The notes: a model not told the origin generated them from the letters alone. DNA of 64,000 nt from Vicinamibacterales bacterium (GCA_965197375.1 CBDAMZ010000008.1:143394-207393), one strand, 5' to 3'; positions 19,569-29,138 are shown, numbered from the stretch's first letter. Program-made: numbers and translations.

Positions 19569-20723
19569 GTGCCTCGACGACTTCGGTGCGTTGCCGCAAT
19601 CATGAGATGGCCCACTAAGCGCCTATATCGAGTAGCGGATTGCCGCGCGAAGTCAGAAACGTTTCATTGCTTCGCACGATTCCGCATCGGTTCACGCTTT
19701 GACTTTCCGCATCGGCTCATCATTCCATTCGTCGTCGCGGTCGTTCTGACGACCGCCCGGGAAGCGCCGGCACAGATTTTCGAGTCGGTCGGGACGCGCG
19801 CCATGGGCATGGCGGGCGCCTTTGTCGCTGTTGCCGACGACGCGACGGCTGTTTACTGGAATCCAGCTGGCCTAGCTACCGGTGCCTTCCTGAGCTTAAT
19901 CGTCGATCGCCAGATCACCAAGAGCTGGCTCGACCGGAGGAGGGTCGCTGCGCCGGCAACGGACGATACCAGCGTGTTTGTTGGCTTATCGATGAACACG
20001 ACGGGTTTTGCGTATTACCGCCTGCGTACCAATCAGGTGACTGGATCCCTCCTTCCTGGAGCCGCGCCCGCTACCGCCGGAGGAAATCAAGGAGGTGAAA
20101 CGATTCTGAGGTCTCTGATTACTCACCATGTCGCTGTGACCCGAACCTCGATAATCTTCCCAGGGATAAGTCTGGGGACGACGCTCAGATACATTCGCGT
20201 CTCGGCGGCATCTGCTCCGGGGGGGCCGGCTCTAGCGGCGGACGAATTATTGGGCCAGGCCGATGATCTGGAACGATGGGGCAAACATGAGTACGACCTG
20301 GACATCGGCCTTATGGTCGGGTCACCGACGGTTCGGGTCGGGGTCGTGGCTCGGAACCTACGAGGACCGTCCTTTAGCGTTCCGAACGGGGGCAGTTTAC
20401 GTCTAGACCGGCAGATCCGGGCCGGGGTGGCCATGCGGTCGTTCGGCGGACTGTTGGTGGCCGCTGATATTGACCTAACCCGCGTCCCGACCGTGAGTGG
20501 GCACCGTCGCAGCCTGGCGGTTGGTGGCGAGCACTGGTTCGGCCAGCGGCTCGGCGTGCGCGGCGGATCGCGCCTCAACCTCGAGGCCAACGCCCCCCAG
20601 CCTGTTGGAGCCTTTGGGTTCAGCGTGGCCCTCTCATCGGGCGCCTATCTTGACGGCCAGGTGACCCGAGGCCGTGACGCCCTTGAACAAGGCTGGAGCA
20701 TTGCCGGCCGGTTCGGGTTCTAA
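19569..20723 (+). CDS. Outer-membrane beta-barrel protein (TraF_2/PorV-like N-terminal motif); start uncertain
   Basis: Signal-like LIIPFVVAVVLTTAREAPAQ; GTRAMGMAGAFVAVADDATAVYWNPAGLA motif; alternating beta-strand pattern; C-terminal ...IAGRFGF with terminal Phe typical of OMPs. Confidence 0.7.
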   Translation: MPRRLRCVAAIMRWPTKRLYRVADCRAKSETFHCFARFRIGSRFDFPHRLIIPFVVAVVLTTAREAPAQIFESVGTRAMGMAGAFVAVADDATAVYWNPAGLATGAFLSLIVDRQITKSWLDRRRVAAPATDDTSVFVGLSMNTTGFAYYRLRTNQVTGSLLPGAAPATAGGNQGGETILRSLITHHVAVTRTSIIFPGISLGTTLRYIRVSAASAPGGPALAADELLGQADDLERWGKHEYDLDIGLMVGSPTVRVGVVARNLRGPSFSVPNGGSLRLDRQIRAGVAMRSFGGLLVAADIDLTRVPTVSGHRRSLAVGGEHWFGQRLGVRGGSRLNLEANAPQPVGAFGFSVALSSGAYLDGQVTRGRDALEQGWSIAGRFGF

Positions 20724-20945
20724 GTGGTCCCGTTTGTAATTACACACGTAACGAGATTTTCCCTGAGCGAAGCCGCGTCCGGTCCTGACACGGTACGAGA
20801 CGAGAGAATGCCGAGAGTATTCGAACCCTGCTCGAAGACCAGCGCCGCCTTCAGCGGGATGCAGAGGCGGCCGCATGCCACCGTGGTTATGAACGGGGCT
20901 ACCAAGCGGGCGCATTGGAGTCAGGGTGCGAATCCGCTGGGCGCC
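20724..20945 (+). repeat. Intergenic repeat element, copy A (homologous to 38850-39063 on the opposite strand)
   Basis: Starts at the base after the OMP stop codon. Shares with copy B: GTGGTCCCGTT (11/11), CTGAGCGAAGCCGCGTC (17/17, 20763-20779), GAGAGAAT, GAGTATTCGAACCC (20815-20828). Weaker similarity continues for another ~100 nt. Confidence 0.6.
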
Positions 20946-21115
20946 AGTTCCTCGAGTAGCGTCTGGTGTCTCGGTGCTGCTAACTGAAGCCGGGGTGGCG
21001 CGTGTCCGCCCCCGGAAGCAGAGCACTCGCTTCGCCAACCGCTTGACGCGTCTTCCGGAAGCCTTTACAAGAGTGTAAGCGAGCCCCCTCGTATGGTTCG
21101 CCGGCGGGCACTCAG

Positions 21116-22351
21116 GTGGGGAAGGGAGGCAGCATGAGCAGCCGGGTTTGGCACTGGATGGTGATATTCGCGCTAGGCGGCTTGGTGGCGGCCGGTGTCT
21201 CAACTTACGTGCATCTCCAACTCTTGCAGGATCCGACCTATACGACTTTCTGTGACGTCAGCGACAGCGTCAGTTGTGCCGAGGTCTACCTCAGCCGGTT
21301 CGGGAGCGTCCGCGGGGTACCCGTTGCGCTCGGTGGCGTCCTCTGGTTTCTGGGGGTTTTACTTTTGGCCTTCGCGAGTGCCCGCGCGCCGGCGGAATCC
21401 CAGCCGGGTGTGGCTGGCTACCTGCTCGCCTGGTCCACCGGCGGGCTCGCCGTCGCGGTGTACATGGCCTACGCCTCGTTTGTCGTGCTTCAGACCTTCT
21501 GCCTGCTTTGTGGTGTGGTGTACGTGGCGGTCATCGGAATTTTCATCTTGTCGGGCACGGGGCCCTTTGTGGCAATGGCCAGGCTGCCGTCGGCCGTGAT
21601 CGGTGACATCGCTTGCCTCGTCCGTAGTCCGGTCGGTCTGGGGTTGACGATTGCCTTTGTTGCAGGCGCCACTGCGGCGGTGGTCTGGTTTCCAACGCAG
21701 GCAACCGGCACCGCCATGCCGACCACCGAGTCCGTGGCGATCGAGACGGCTGATGAACGGAGCGCGTTCGACCGCTTCTGGGAGGAGCAGCCAAGGATCA
21801 ACCTCGCGATTCCCCGAGGTGACGAGGCGGTGCTCGTCGTCAAGTTCAACGACTACCAATGTCCTGCCTGCGCTGACTCGTTTCGCAGGTACAAGCCGAT
21901 CTTCGCCAAGTATGCGTCGAGCCACCCAGGTGCGGTTCGGCTCGTGACACTCGACTATCCGCTTGACCCGGAATGCAACGAGGAGTCGCCGAACGGGCCC
22001 CACGACGCAGCCTGCGAGGCGGCCGTTGCGGCCAGGTTGGCGAAGAAAATTGGTGGGGTCGAGGGAGAGCGCATGGCGCGGTGGCTGTACGCGAACCAAG
22101 AGACGATGTCTCGTGAGACCATCGCCTCGGCTGCGCGTAACATCGCCGGTATTGATGCGGATGCGTTCGATGGGCAGTACGACGCGACGGTCGCACGGGT
22201 GAAGGCCGACATTGCCCTGGGCGCCAGTGTGCCGGTGGAGGCCACCCCGACGTTCGTTATCAACGGCGTGACCATCAAGGGCCGCCTCGCCCCGCAGTAC
22301 TTCGACCGAGCGATCGCCTCCGAGCTGGAGCGAGCTGAAGGATCGTCATGA
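21116..22351 (+). CDS. Vitamin K epoxide reductase (VKOR) domain fused to a DsbA-like thioredoxin domain
   Basis: 411 aa; N-terminal 4-5 TM region with CDVSDSVSC and FCLLC redox cysteines; C-terminal FNDYQCPACADSF thioredoxin-fold CxxC. Confidence 0.85.
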   Translation: MGKGGSMSSRVWHWMVIFALGGLVAAGVSTYVHLQLLQDPTYTTFCDVSDSVSCAEVYLSRFGSVRGVPVALGGVLWFLGVLLLAFASARAPAESQPGVAGYLLAWSTGGLAVAVYMAYASFVVLQTFCLLCGVVYVAVIGIFILSGTGPFVAMARLPSAVIGDIACLVRSPVGLGLTIAFVAGATAAVVWFPTQATGTAMPTTESVAIETADERSAFDRFWEEQPRINLAIPRGDEAVLVVKFNDYQCPACADSFRRYKPIFAKYASSHPGAVRLVTLDYPLDPECNEESPNGPHDAACEAAVAARLAKKIGGVEGERMARWLYANQETMSRETIASAARNIAGIDADAFDGQYDATVARVKADIALGASVPVEATPTFVINGVTIKGRLAPQYFDRAIASELERAEGSS

Positions 22352-22384
22352 GCTGGCAGAGAAAGAGCGTGTGAAGCAGCTGGT

Positions 22385-22600
22385 ATGTATGCCATCTACC
22401 TGCAGGAACTAACGAAAGACTTCAGGGCCAGGTTTTGTGCCCGTGTTCGTATCGGGCTGTGGACCGCGTGATACTCGGCGTGGAACCGGGCGAGGTGCTC
22501 GGCTGCCTGGGCTCTGACGGCGCTAGCAAGGCGACGGCGCTGAAGCTGCTCCCGTATCAGTTGGTCTCGCCCACGGGTGCGGTGGCCATCTTTCCTCAAT
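22385..22600 (+). pseudogene. Remnant of the N-terminus of an ABC transporter ATP-binding protein
   Basis: MYAIYLQELTKDFRA... (ATG 22385), then after a frameshift AVDRVILGVEPGEVLGCLGSDGASKATALKLL...PTGAVAIF. The Walker A GPNGAGKTT has degenerated to GSDGASKAT. Nothing downstream of ~22600; pilD starts at 22653. Confidence 0.55.
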
Positions 22601-22652
22601 TGTCCTTGTTTCTGTTTCCAGATGGCCCACAGCTGCTTGGCTCGATGCCATC

Positions 22653-23420
22653 ATGATGGAGCACATCAGCATCTTTCTTCTGGTAGCTCTTGGGCTCGTC
22701 GCCGGCAGCTTCCTCAACGTTTGCATCTACCGGCTACCGCGCGGCGAATCGATTGTGGGGCCGCCTTCGCACTGCACGACGTGCGGCCTGACCCTCCGCT
22801 GGTTCGAGAACGTTCCGGTCGTTAGTTATACGATGCTTTGTGGGCGGTGCCGGACCTGCGGTGAGCTGATTTCTCTGATGTACCCCGCTGTAGAGCTAGC
22901 TACGTCCGCGTTGTTCCTTGCCCAGTATTGGCAGCTTGGCTGGCAGCCGCTGCTTGCCGTTCGGCTTGCGTTCAGCTGTGCAATGATCGTGCTGTTTCTC
23001 ATCGATCTGCAGCACCGGGTCCTACCGAACGTGATCACCATGCCGGGCGTTGTCGTTGGTCTAGTGGCCAGTTTCTTTGTGGAACCTGGGTGGATCGACG
23101 CCTTGATCGGCGCGGTCGTCGGTGTCGGCTCGTTACTGGCGATTGCGGAGGCCTACTCCAGGGTCCGCGGTGAGGAAGGGCTCGGGATGGGTGATGTCAA
23201 GATGCTGGGGATGATCGGAGCTTTTCTGGGGTGGCAGCTGATGCTGGTCACGCTGCTGCTCGCGTCCCTGCTCGGATCGCTGATCGGCGTCGCACTCATA
23301 GTGCTCAAGTGGGGGGATTCACAATACGCGCTCCCGCTGGGTTCGTTTCTCGCTATCGGTGCCGTTGTGTCAATGCTGATCGGCGAATCGCTCATCGCGT
23401 GGTACAGCTCGTTCTACTAA
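22653..23420 (+). CDS. pilD: Prepilin peptidase (A24 family type IV leader peptidase)
   Basis: 255 aa; GSFLNVCIYRLPRGESIVGPPSHCTTCGLTLRWFENVPVVSY..CGRCRTCG zinc-binding N-terminal motif; GMGDVKMLG active-site Asp region. Confidence 0.9.
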   Translation: MMEHISIFLLVALGLVAGSFLNVCIYRLPRGESIVGPPSHCTTCGLTLRWFENVPVVSYTMLCGRCRTCGELISLMYPAVELATSALFLAQYWQLGWQPLLAVRLAFSCAMIVLFLIDLQHRVLPNVITMPGVVVGLVASFFVEPGWIDALIGAVVGVGSLLAIAEAYSRVRGEEGLGMGDVKMLGMIGAFLGWQLMLVTLLLASLLGSLIGVALIVLKWGDSQYALPLGSFLAIGAVVSMLIGESLIAWYSSFY

Positions 23421-23479
23421 CGGCTCAGTCCGTCCGTCCCTTTAAATGAGCGCCAGTGGAAACCCTCGCAGGGCGTGAA

Positions 23480-24586
23480 TTATTTTCGCATGCCGGTCGC
23501 TAGGAGCGACCGTTGAATTTCTTGCTCCGTGACGTCGTCAAGAATCTTCGTGCGCCCGATGCTGGTTGGGAGGATAACGTGTAGGCGTCCTTGCAGCACT
23601 TTTTTGTCACGGCGGATGACTTTGATGATCTGTTTTGCCGACAGGTCGCTGACGGATGGTAACGGGCCCAACTGGGCGATGAGGCGCGCCAGTGCGGCTC
23701 GGTCCTCCTCGGCGAGCATCCCACGCGCGACGGCGATGTCAGCGGCCGCCAGCATGCCGTACGCTACCGCTTCACCGTGACGGAAGCGCCGGTAGCGTGT
23801 TGCGGCTTCGATCGCATGCCCGGCCGTGTGACCGAAATTTAGCGTCCGGCGAACCCCGACTTCTCGCTCGTCCTGCGAAACGACGGCCGCTTTGATCCGG
23901 CAGGACTCGGCGATGATCGGCACGAGCACCCCGGGATCTCGAGAAAAAATGGCCTTAAGCTCTTGGCTGACCTGGTCGAATAAGTCACGGCTGGCAATGA
24001 CACCGTATTTTACGATCTCGTAAAGACCAGCTCTAAACTCCCGTCGCGGTAACGTGCCCAACACGAGCGGGTCGGCAACCACGATGATCGGTTGGTAGAA
24101 GGCCCCGATGAGATTCTTGCCCAGTGGGTGGTTGACGCCTACCTTTCCGCCGATCGAGCTGTCAACCTGTGCTAATAAGGTTGTTGGCACATGCGCGAGG
24201 CGGACGCCTCGGAGAAATGTCGCTGCCGCGAAACCGACGACGTCACCGATGACGCCACCGCCGACGGCGACGATGGTGGCGCTGCGGTCAGCCGCCGACC
24301 GAATAAGCGCGTCGTAGATTCGGGAAACGGTCTGGATAGTCTTAAAGCGCTCGCCGTCTGGCACGAGGATAGTCTCCGCACCCTTTACGGCTTTCTCGAC
24401 TACCTGACCGTGAGCTTTCCAAATCGGCGGGCTTGAAACGAGGAGTCGTCGCTCGGTCGCCCCGGCAGCATCTAATAAGCGGCCAAGCCGCTCAGTGAGA
24501 CCCTCACCGATGTGAACCCGATAGGCACGCGACGCGGTCCGAACGTCGATCCGAATGGGTTTCATTGCTGATGCGAGCCCAGACAC
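23480..24586 (-). CDS. aroB: 3-dehydroquinate synthase
   Basis: 368 aa; GGGVIGDVVGFAAATFLRGVRLAHVPTTLLAQVDSSIGGKVGVNHPLGKNLIGAFYQP; GHTAGHAIE. Confidence 0.93.
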   Translation of the reverse strand: MSGLASAMKPIRIDVRTASRAYRVHIGEGLTERLGRLLDAAGATERRLLVSSPPIWKAHGQVVEKAVKGAETILVPDGERFKTIQTVSRIYDALIRSAADRSATIVAVGGGVIGDVVGFAAATFLRGVRLAHVPTTLLAQVDSSIGGKVGVNHPLGKNLIGAFYQPIIVVADPLVLGTLPRREFRAGLYEIVKYGVIASRDLFDQVSQELKAIFSRDPGVLVPIIAESCRIKAAVVSQDEREVGVRRTLNFGHTAGHAIEAATRYRRFRHGEAVAYGMLAAADIAVARGMLAEEDRAALARLIAQLGPLPSVSDLSAKQIIKVIRRDKKVLQGRLHVILPTSIGRTKILDDVTEQEIQRSLLATGMRK

Positions 24587-24790
24587 ACACGTCCAGGCTC
24601 AGATTAGGTTAGCAGTAACGTCTGGTGTCTGGGCATCAAGGACGTCCACGTCTGGCTATCGCTAGGTTTTCTGAATGTCGGCACTCCGGCGTCAAGAAAA
24701 CCGAGATTCTCACGTCCGATCCGATACTTCGAAACAAAACGATATAGACTGGCCACGGCGCGGTGTCGAGTTGAAAAACGAGGACGCATA

Positions 24791-26245
24791 TTGATGGCGG
24801 CGAAACAAGACACATTCGTGACGGAGCTCACACCGCAGTCTAAAGATTTCTCCCGATGGTACACGGACGTCGTTCGGCGCGCCGAGCTCGCCGACTACTC
24901 GCCGGTCAAGGGAAGTATGGTCATTCGGCCGTACGGCTACGCGATCTGGGAGCTTATGCAGGCAGCACTGGATCGACGTTTGAAGGCGACCGGGCACGTT
25001 AATGCTTACTTCCCGCTCCTCATTCCCGAAAGCCTGTTGCGGAAAGAAGCCGCGCACGTGGAGGGCTTCGCGCCTCAGGTGGCGTGGGTGACCCGCGGCG
25101 GCGACGAAGATCTCGAAGAGCGCCTCGCCGTACGTCCGACCTCTGAGGCGATCATCGGTACGATGTACGCGAAGTGGATACAATCGTGGCGAGATCTTCC
25201 GATCCTTATCAATCAGTGGGCCAACGTCGTCCGCTGGGAAAAGGTTACACGGTTATTTCTGCGAACGACCGAGTTTCTCTGGCAGGAGGGACACACAGCG
25301 CATGAGACTGAAGCGGAGGCCGAGGCGGAGGCGCTTCGTATGCTTGGCGTCTACAAGGAATTCGTCGAAAACGAGCTCGCCATTCCGGTCATCGATGGGC
25401 GTAAGACCGAGAGCGAGAAATTTTCCGGCGCCGTGCACACCTATTGCATCGAGGCACTGATGGGTGATGGTCGCGCCTTGCAAGCGGGCACGTCGCACCA
25501 GCTTGGGCAAAATTTCGCCAAGGTGTTCGACATCAAGTTCCAGGCGCGCGACAAATCACTACAGTTAGTCTGGCAGACGTCTTGGGGTGTGACGACCCGC
25601 TTGATCGGTGGCGTCATCATGACCCACGGGGACGACAGCGGGCTGATCCTGCCGCCACGTGTTGCGCCCCACCAGGTGGTTATTGTACCGATTCCGCGTG
25701 GAAACTGGCGCGAGACCGTGTGGCCCCGCGCGCAGGAGGTGGCTGCGGCGCTGACCGACCAAGGGGTCCGCGTCATGCTCGACGACCGCGAAGAGTACAC
25801 GCCGGGGTGGAAATTTTCTGAATGGGAGATGCGCGGCGTTCCGCTTCGGCTTGAGATCGGTCCTAAGGACATCGAGAAGTCCCAGGTGGTTTTGGCCCGC
25901 CGCGACACACGTGAGAAGCTGCCAACGCCGATGGACGGCCTGCCGGCACGCGTGGCCGAGTTGCTCACGTCCATTCAGAGCGACTTATTCGCACACGCCA
26001 GACAGTTCCGGGATGACCACACGGTGAGGACCACGTCCAAGGAAGAGTTTCGTCAGGTGCTGGAGGGGCGGCCGGGTTTTGTTGTTGCTGCATGGTGCGG
26101 CCGCGCAGACTGTGAGGTGCAAATCAAAGCCGAGACCCGAGCCACGATTCGAACGATTCCCCTAGACGCTCCGCCGGCATCAGGCCCTTGCATCCAGTGC
26201 GGCCAGCCGGGCCAGACGGACGCGTACTTTGCTAAGGCGTACTAG
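24791..26245 (+). CDS. proS: Proline--tRNA ligase (archaeal/eukaryote-like type)
   Basis: 484 aa; DFSRWYTDVVRRAELADYSPVKGSMVIRPYGYAIWE; class II motifs; C-terminal ...AYFAKAY with terminal Tyr. TTG 24791 or ATG 24794 start. Confidence 0.95.
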   Translation: MMAAKQDTFVTELTPQSKDFSRWYTDVVRRAELADYSPVKGSMVIRPYGYAIWELMQAALDRRLKATGHVNAYFPLLIPESLLRKEAAHVEGFAPQVAWVTRGGDEDLEERLAVRPTSEAIIGTMYAKWIQSWRDLPILINQWANVVRWEKVTRLFLRTTEFLWQEGHTAHETEAEAEAEALRMLGVYKEFVENELAIPVIDGRKTESEKFSGAVHTYCIEALMGDGRALQAGTSHQLGQNFAKVFDIKFQARDKSLQLVWQTSWGVTTRLIGGVIMTHGDDSGLILPPRVAPHQVVIVPIPRGNWRETVWPRAQEVAAALTDQGVRVMLDDREEYTPGWKFSEWEMRGVPLRLEIGPKDIEKSQVVLARRDTREKLPTPMDGLPARVAELLTSIQSDLFAHARQFRDDHTVRTTSKEEFRQVLEGRPGFVVAAWCGRADCEVQIKAETRATIRTIPLDAPPASGPCIQCGQPGQTDAYFAKAY

Positions 26246-26475
26246 CAAAACTTCGCCTCACACCGCCCAGATGGCAGCCGGCGTCACATCGCTAGTAAGG
26301 GCTTTTCTTGTGGTCCCGCTACGCAGGAACCAGACATCTTCTTGAGGAGACCAGTAAGCATGAAGATGTCCGGGCGACCATGTCAGTCGGAACGACGACG
26401 GCTCATTCGTGCGCGGGCCCTGGTCCCATGACTCACGCTTTAATTTCGTTTAGCCGCCTGGTGGTAGACAGGGCG

Positions 26476-28137
26476 CTACTGGAGCCGGACGACCAGTGCC
26501 GCCCGACGGTTGAGCCGGCGTGTCTCTTCGCGCGAGTTGTCGTGCATCGGGTGCTCCTCGCCGTAGCTCACGGTCTGTAACCGAGCGGTTCCGACGCCGC
26601 GGCTGAGCAAGTACTCTCGAACCGAGTTGGCACGGCGCTCGCTGAGAGCGAGGTTGTACTCAGCGGTTCCGATGTTGCACGTGTGGCCCTCGATTTCAAT
26701 ACGCAGATCGGCATCTTCACCGAGCGCTGCCACGACCTCGTCAAGCACGTGGCTGGCGCTAGGTCGCAGCGTGTAGCGGTCGAAGTCAAAGTGAACGTCC
26801 TCGAAGACGTATTTTCGTTTAGGCGGCGGCGGTGGCGCGTTCACCTGGATGATCACAGTGTCGGACGCCGAACCTTCCAAACCGTCGGTTACTGTCACGT
26901 TGATGGGAACTGGGCCCTCCTGAGACGGCGCTCGCCAGCCCTTCGTTGCTCGGTTAGGCGGATCTAGGAAATCGCCGGCTGGTGCACTCCACCGGTAGTC
27001 GAGCGAGTCACCATCCGGGTCCGAGGCATCGGCACGTAGCCGGACTTCTTCACCGAACAGCACCTCGCACGGGGTACATGACGCCATGACCGTCGGCGGC
27101 CGGTTGGTGGGCGGCGGCAGCGGCGGCGGCACGTACATTTTGACGCCCGGGTGATACCCGATCCGGAACAGCAACCCGAGACGGTCCCCGCTCTTGGAGG
27201 TTCTACCTGCCATTTCCCGAGCGTCATGTACAGCCGACAAATTAACACCGGCTCCAATATAGAAGCCACGTGGATTGTTCCACTGCAGTCCGAGCGTGAG
27301 GTCGACCGGGTTCCTGAGGGAAGAAACCAGAGATGACCGGCTTCCGTCGGGCCCGACAAGCGGTACTTCTAGCGTTAACGTGTCACTCGTTAGAAGTTCG
27401 CCGTTGACTTCCCCGAAGAGCTTAAATGCGTCGCCCAGCGGAATCCCAGCCCCGACTCCCCAGCGGACACTGTTGGGAAGATCTATGCCGTTTGGATCAC
27501 CGTAAAACCCGAAGCCTCCGTAGCCTGCAGTTTCCAGCGCCCCTAGATTTTTGCTGATGATAACGTCGAATGCGGCATCTGGCTTACCGCTTGTGTTGCC
27601 GACGTCTTTGTCGCCCGTCGGTATCTTGACCAACCCACGCAAAGCGAACGCAACCGGATGCAGATTGGCTTCGGAAACGAGGTTGATCTTACCGCCAAGC
27701 ACTAGGTCGCCAATTTTATTGCCGGTGTACTGGGCGTTGGCAAGCGGCACTTGATGAGCTGGACCGCCTAGTGTCGGATTGGATGCGTTGAAAAGTGGCC
27801 TGGCATCGCGGTCCACTCGGGTCAATACACGAAACGAGCCGAAGAGCTCGACCCGATCAGCAACGCCGACTGCAAACGTGGCTGGGTTGTGCTCTATGTC
27901 AGTAATGCCCTCTTGACGGTCGAAGTTGGCGCGTTGCGCACTTCCAGAAAACTTCCCATGAGGAAGAATTTCAGCTGTTGGCACGAACCACAGGCCAGTG
28001 TCACCGAGAAACGTCGCCCCTGCACGGCGCGTAGTTTTTGCCTCGGTGTCTTGGGCTGCGGCTGGCGACGCCAACACAACTATGGTGGACGCTAAGATCA
28101 ACGGAGCGCCCCACGCCACCTTCGTCAAACCACACAT
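26476..28137 (-). CDS. OmpA-family outer membrane protein (N-terminal barrel, Pro-rich linker, Ig/PKD-like domain, C-terminal OmpA domain)
   Basis: 553 aa; signal peptide ...LASPAAAQD; C-terminal FDFDRYTLRPSASHVLDEVV...IEIEGHTCNIGTAEYNLALSERRANSVREYL...NRRAALVV, the peptidoglycan-binding OmpA motif. Confidence 0.85.
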   Translation of the reverse strand: MCGLTKVAWGAPLILASTIVVLASPAAAQDTEAKTTRRAGATFLGDTGLWFVPTAEILPHGKFSGSAQRANFDRQEGITDIEHNPATFAVGVADRVELFGSFRVLTRVDRDARPLFNASNPTLGGPAHQVPLANAQYTGNKIGDLVLGGKINLVSEANLHPVAFALRGLVKIPTGDKDVGNTSGKPDAAFDVIISKNLGALETAGYGGFGFYGDPNGIDLPNSVRWGVGAGIPLGDAFKLFGEVNGELLTSDTLTLEVPLVGPDGSRSSLVSSLRNPVDLTLGLQWNNPRGFYIGAGVNLSAVHDAREMAGRTSKSGDRLGLLFRIGYHPGVKMYVPPPLPPPTNRPPTVMASCTPCEVLFGEEVRLRADASDPDGDSLDYRWSAPAGDFLDPPNRATKGWRAPSQEGPVPINVTVTDGLEGSASDTVIIQVNAPPPPPKRKYVFEDVHFDFDRYTLRPSASHVLDEVVAALGEDADLRIEIEGHTCNIGTAEYNLALSERRANSVREYLLSRGVGTARLQTVSYGEEHPMHDNSREETRRLNRRAALVVRLQ

Positions 28138-28295
28138 CCTCGTGGTGAGCGGCTTAATAAGCGAAATGTCGACAATGACAGGGAAAACTCAAACTGCAGA
28201 CTCCAAAATACTATTATCTTCCGTCGGTTCAAGTCAACGAAAGCGTTGAAAGGCGCTGGCCGTTTTTAACACTTAGCACTGTGCGCACGCGTTAG

Positions 28296-29114
28296 CTAGG
28301 ATTGGATTTTAGTTTTCCGACCGAAGAGCCAAGCGATCCCGATACTCAGTCCGTATAGCGCGATCATCGGTGTCGCCATTAGGGTAAGTGTAACCGGGTC
28401 CCCTGTTGGGGTCAGAATGGCTGAGAAGATAAAGATCAGTAAGATTGCGTACTTGATGTTCCGAATAAGAAAACCTGGTGTGACGACTCCCACATGCGCT
28501 AGGAAGAAGACGATCGTCGGGAGCTGGAACACAAAACCGCAGGCCAGCACAAGTTTCGCGTAGAGCGAGAACGCCGGCTGGATTCTCGGGAGGAACGTCA
28601 TGTAGTCGGTAGTGAAGCTAGCGAAGAAGCCCCAGGCGACCGGAAACAGGAGGTAGTGTGCGAAGAGCGCCCCGCTGACGAAGAAGCCGGTCGAGAGACC
28701 CACGAACGGGATCGCGAGCCGCTTCTCGTTGGCGTAGAGGCCAGGCGCGACGAATAGCCAAGCCTGCCACATGAGTACCGGCGTGGCCAACATGAGTCCA
28801 GCCAGCGCCGCCATCTTGATGTTGAGTAAGAATGCCTCGGTTGGCTCGGTGAAGACGAGTGTGTCGCCATCCCGTAGAACGTCCGTCAGCGGCTCCATAA
28901 TGAACCGAAAGATATAGGAGATGAAGCCGAAGGCAATCAGGACCCCGATCGTGAGCGCGCCGGCCGAAATGAGGAGTCGCCTCCGGAGCTCATCAAGATG
29001 CTCAAGAAACGACATCTTGCCCTCTGAGTGGTCGGTCGCGGCAGGTTTGCCTGCCCGTGGAGGGTTGTCCTCGGGGCCAGGAGGGGGTTGGCGAGGGAAT
29101 GGGACTAGCGCCAT
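28296..29114 (-). CDS. tatC: Twin-arginine translocase subunit TatC
   Basis: 272 aa; MSFLEHLDELRRRLL... and six-TM pattern. The N-terminal ~33 aa may be an over-extension. Confidence 0.9.
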   Translation of the reverse strand: MALVPFPRQPPPGPEDNPPRAGKPAATDHSEGKMSFLEHLDELRRRLLISAGALTIGVLIAFGFISYIFRFIMEPLTDVLRDGDTLVFTEPTEAFLLNIKMAALAGLMLATPVLMWQAWLFVAPGLYANEKRLAIPFVGLSTGFFVSGALFAHYLLFPVAWGFFASFTTDYMTFLPRIQPAFSLYAKLVLACGFVFQLPTIVFFLAHVGVVTPGFLIRNIKYAILLIFIFSAILTPTGDPVTLTLMATPMIALYGLSIGIAWLFGRKTKIQS

Positions 29115-29138
29115 CGGGGGCCGCTCGTGCGCCTGTAG

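Noticed and set aside
20800-20835. tRNA/tmRNA-like 'GGTTCGAATAC' (T-loop look-alike) in both repeat copies. I also looked through 20724-21115 for RNase P, SRP RNA and cobalamin-riboswitch signatures.
   Set aside because: - The flanking bases do not form a T-stem, and no acceptor stem or cloverleaf can be drawn.
- GAGGAAAGTCCGG (RNase P) and the GGAAGCAGCC-type SRP motif are absent.
- There is no convincing B12 box.
20634-21203. 189-aa minus-strand ORF spanning the OMP/VKOR intergenic region
   Set aside because: It overlaps the 3' end of the OMP gene and the 5' end of the VKOR-DsbA gene. Its composition is Arg/Pro/Ser-rich, typical of out-of-frame GC-rich sequence, and I recognise no motif. 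The region is better explained by the repeat element.
26333-26370. 9-bp inverted repeat GACATCTTC-N20-GAAGATGTC between the convergent proS and OmpA-family genes, considered as a bidirectional terminator
   Set aside because: The loop is long (20 nt) and there is no U-tract on either strand. That is not enough to call a terminator or a protein-binding site.
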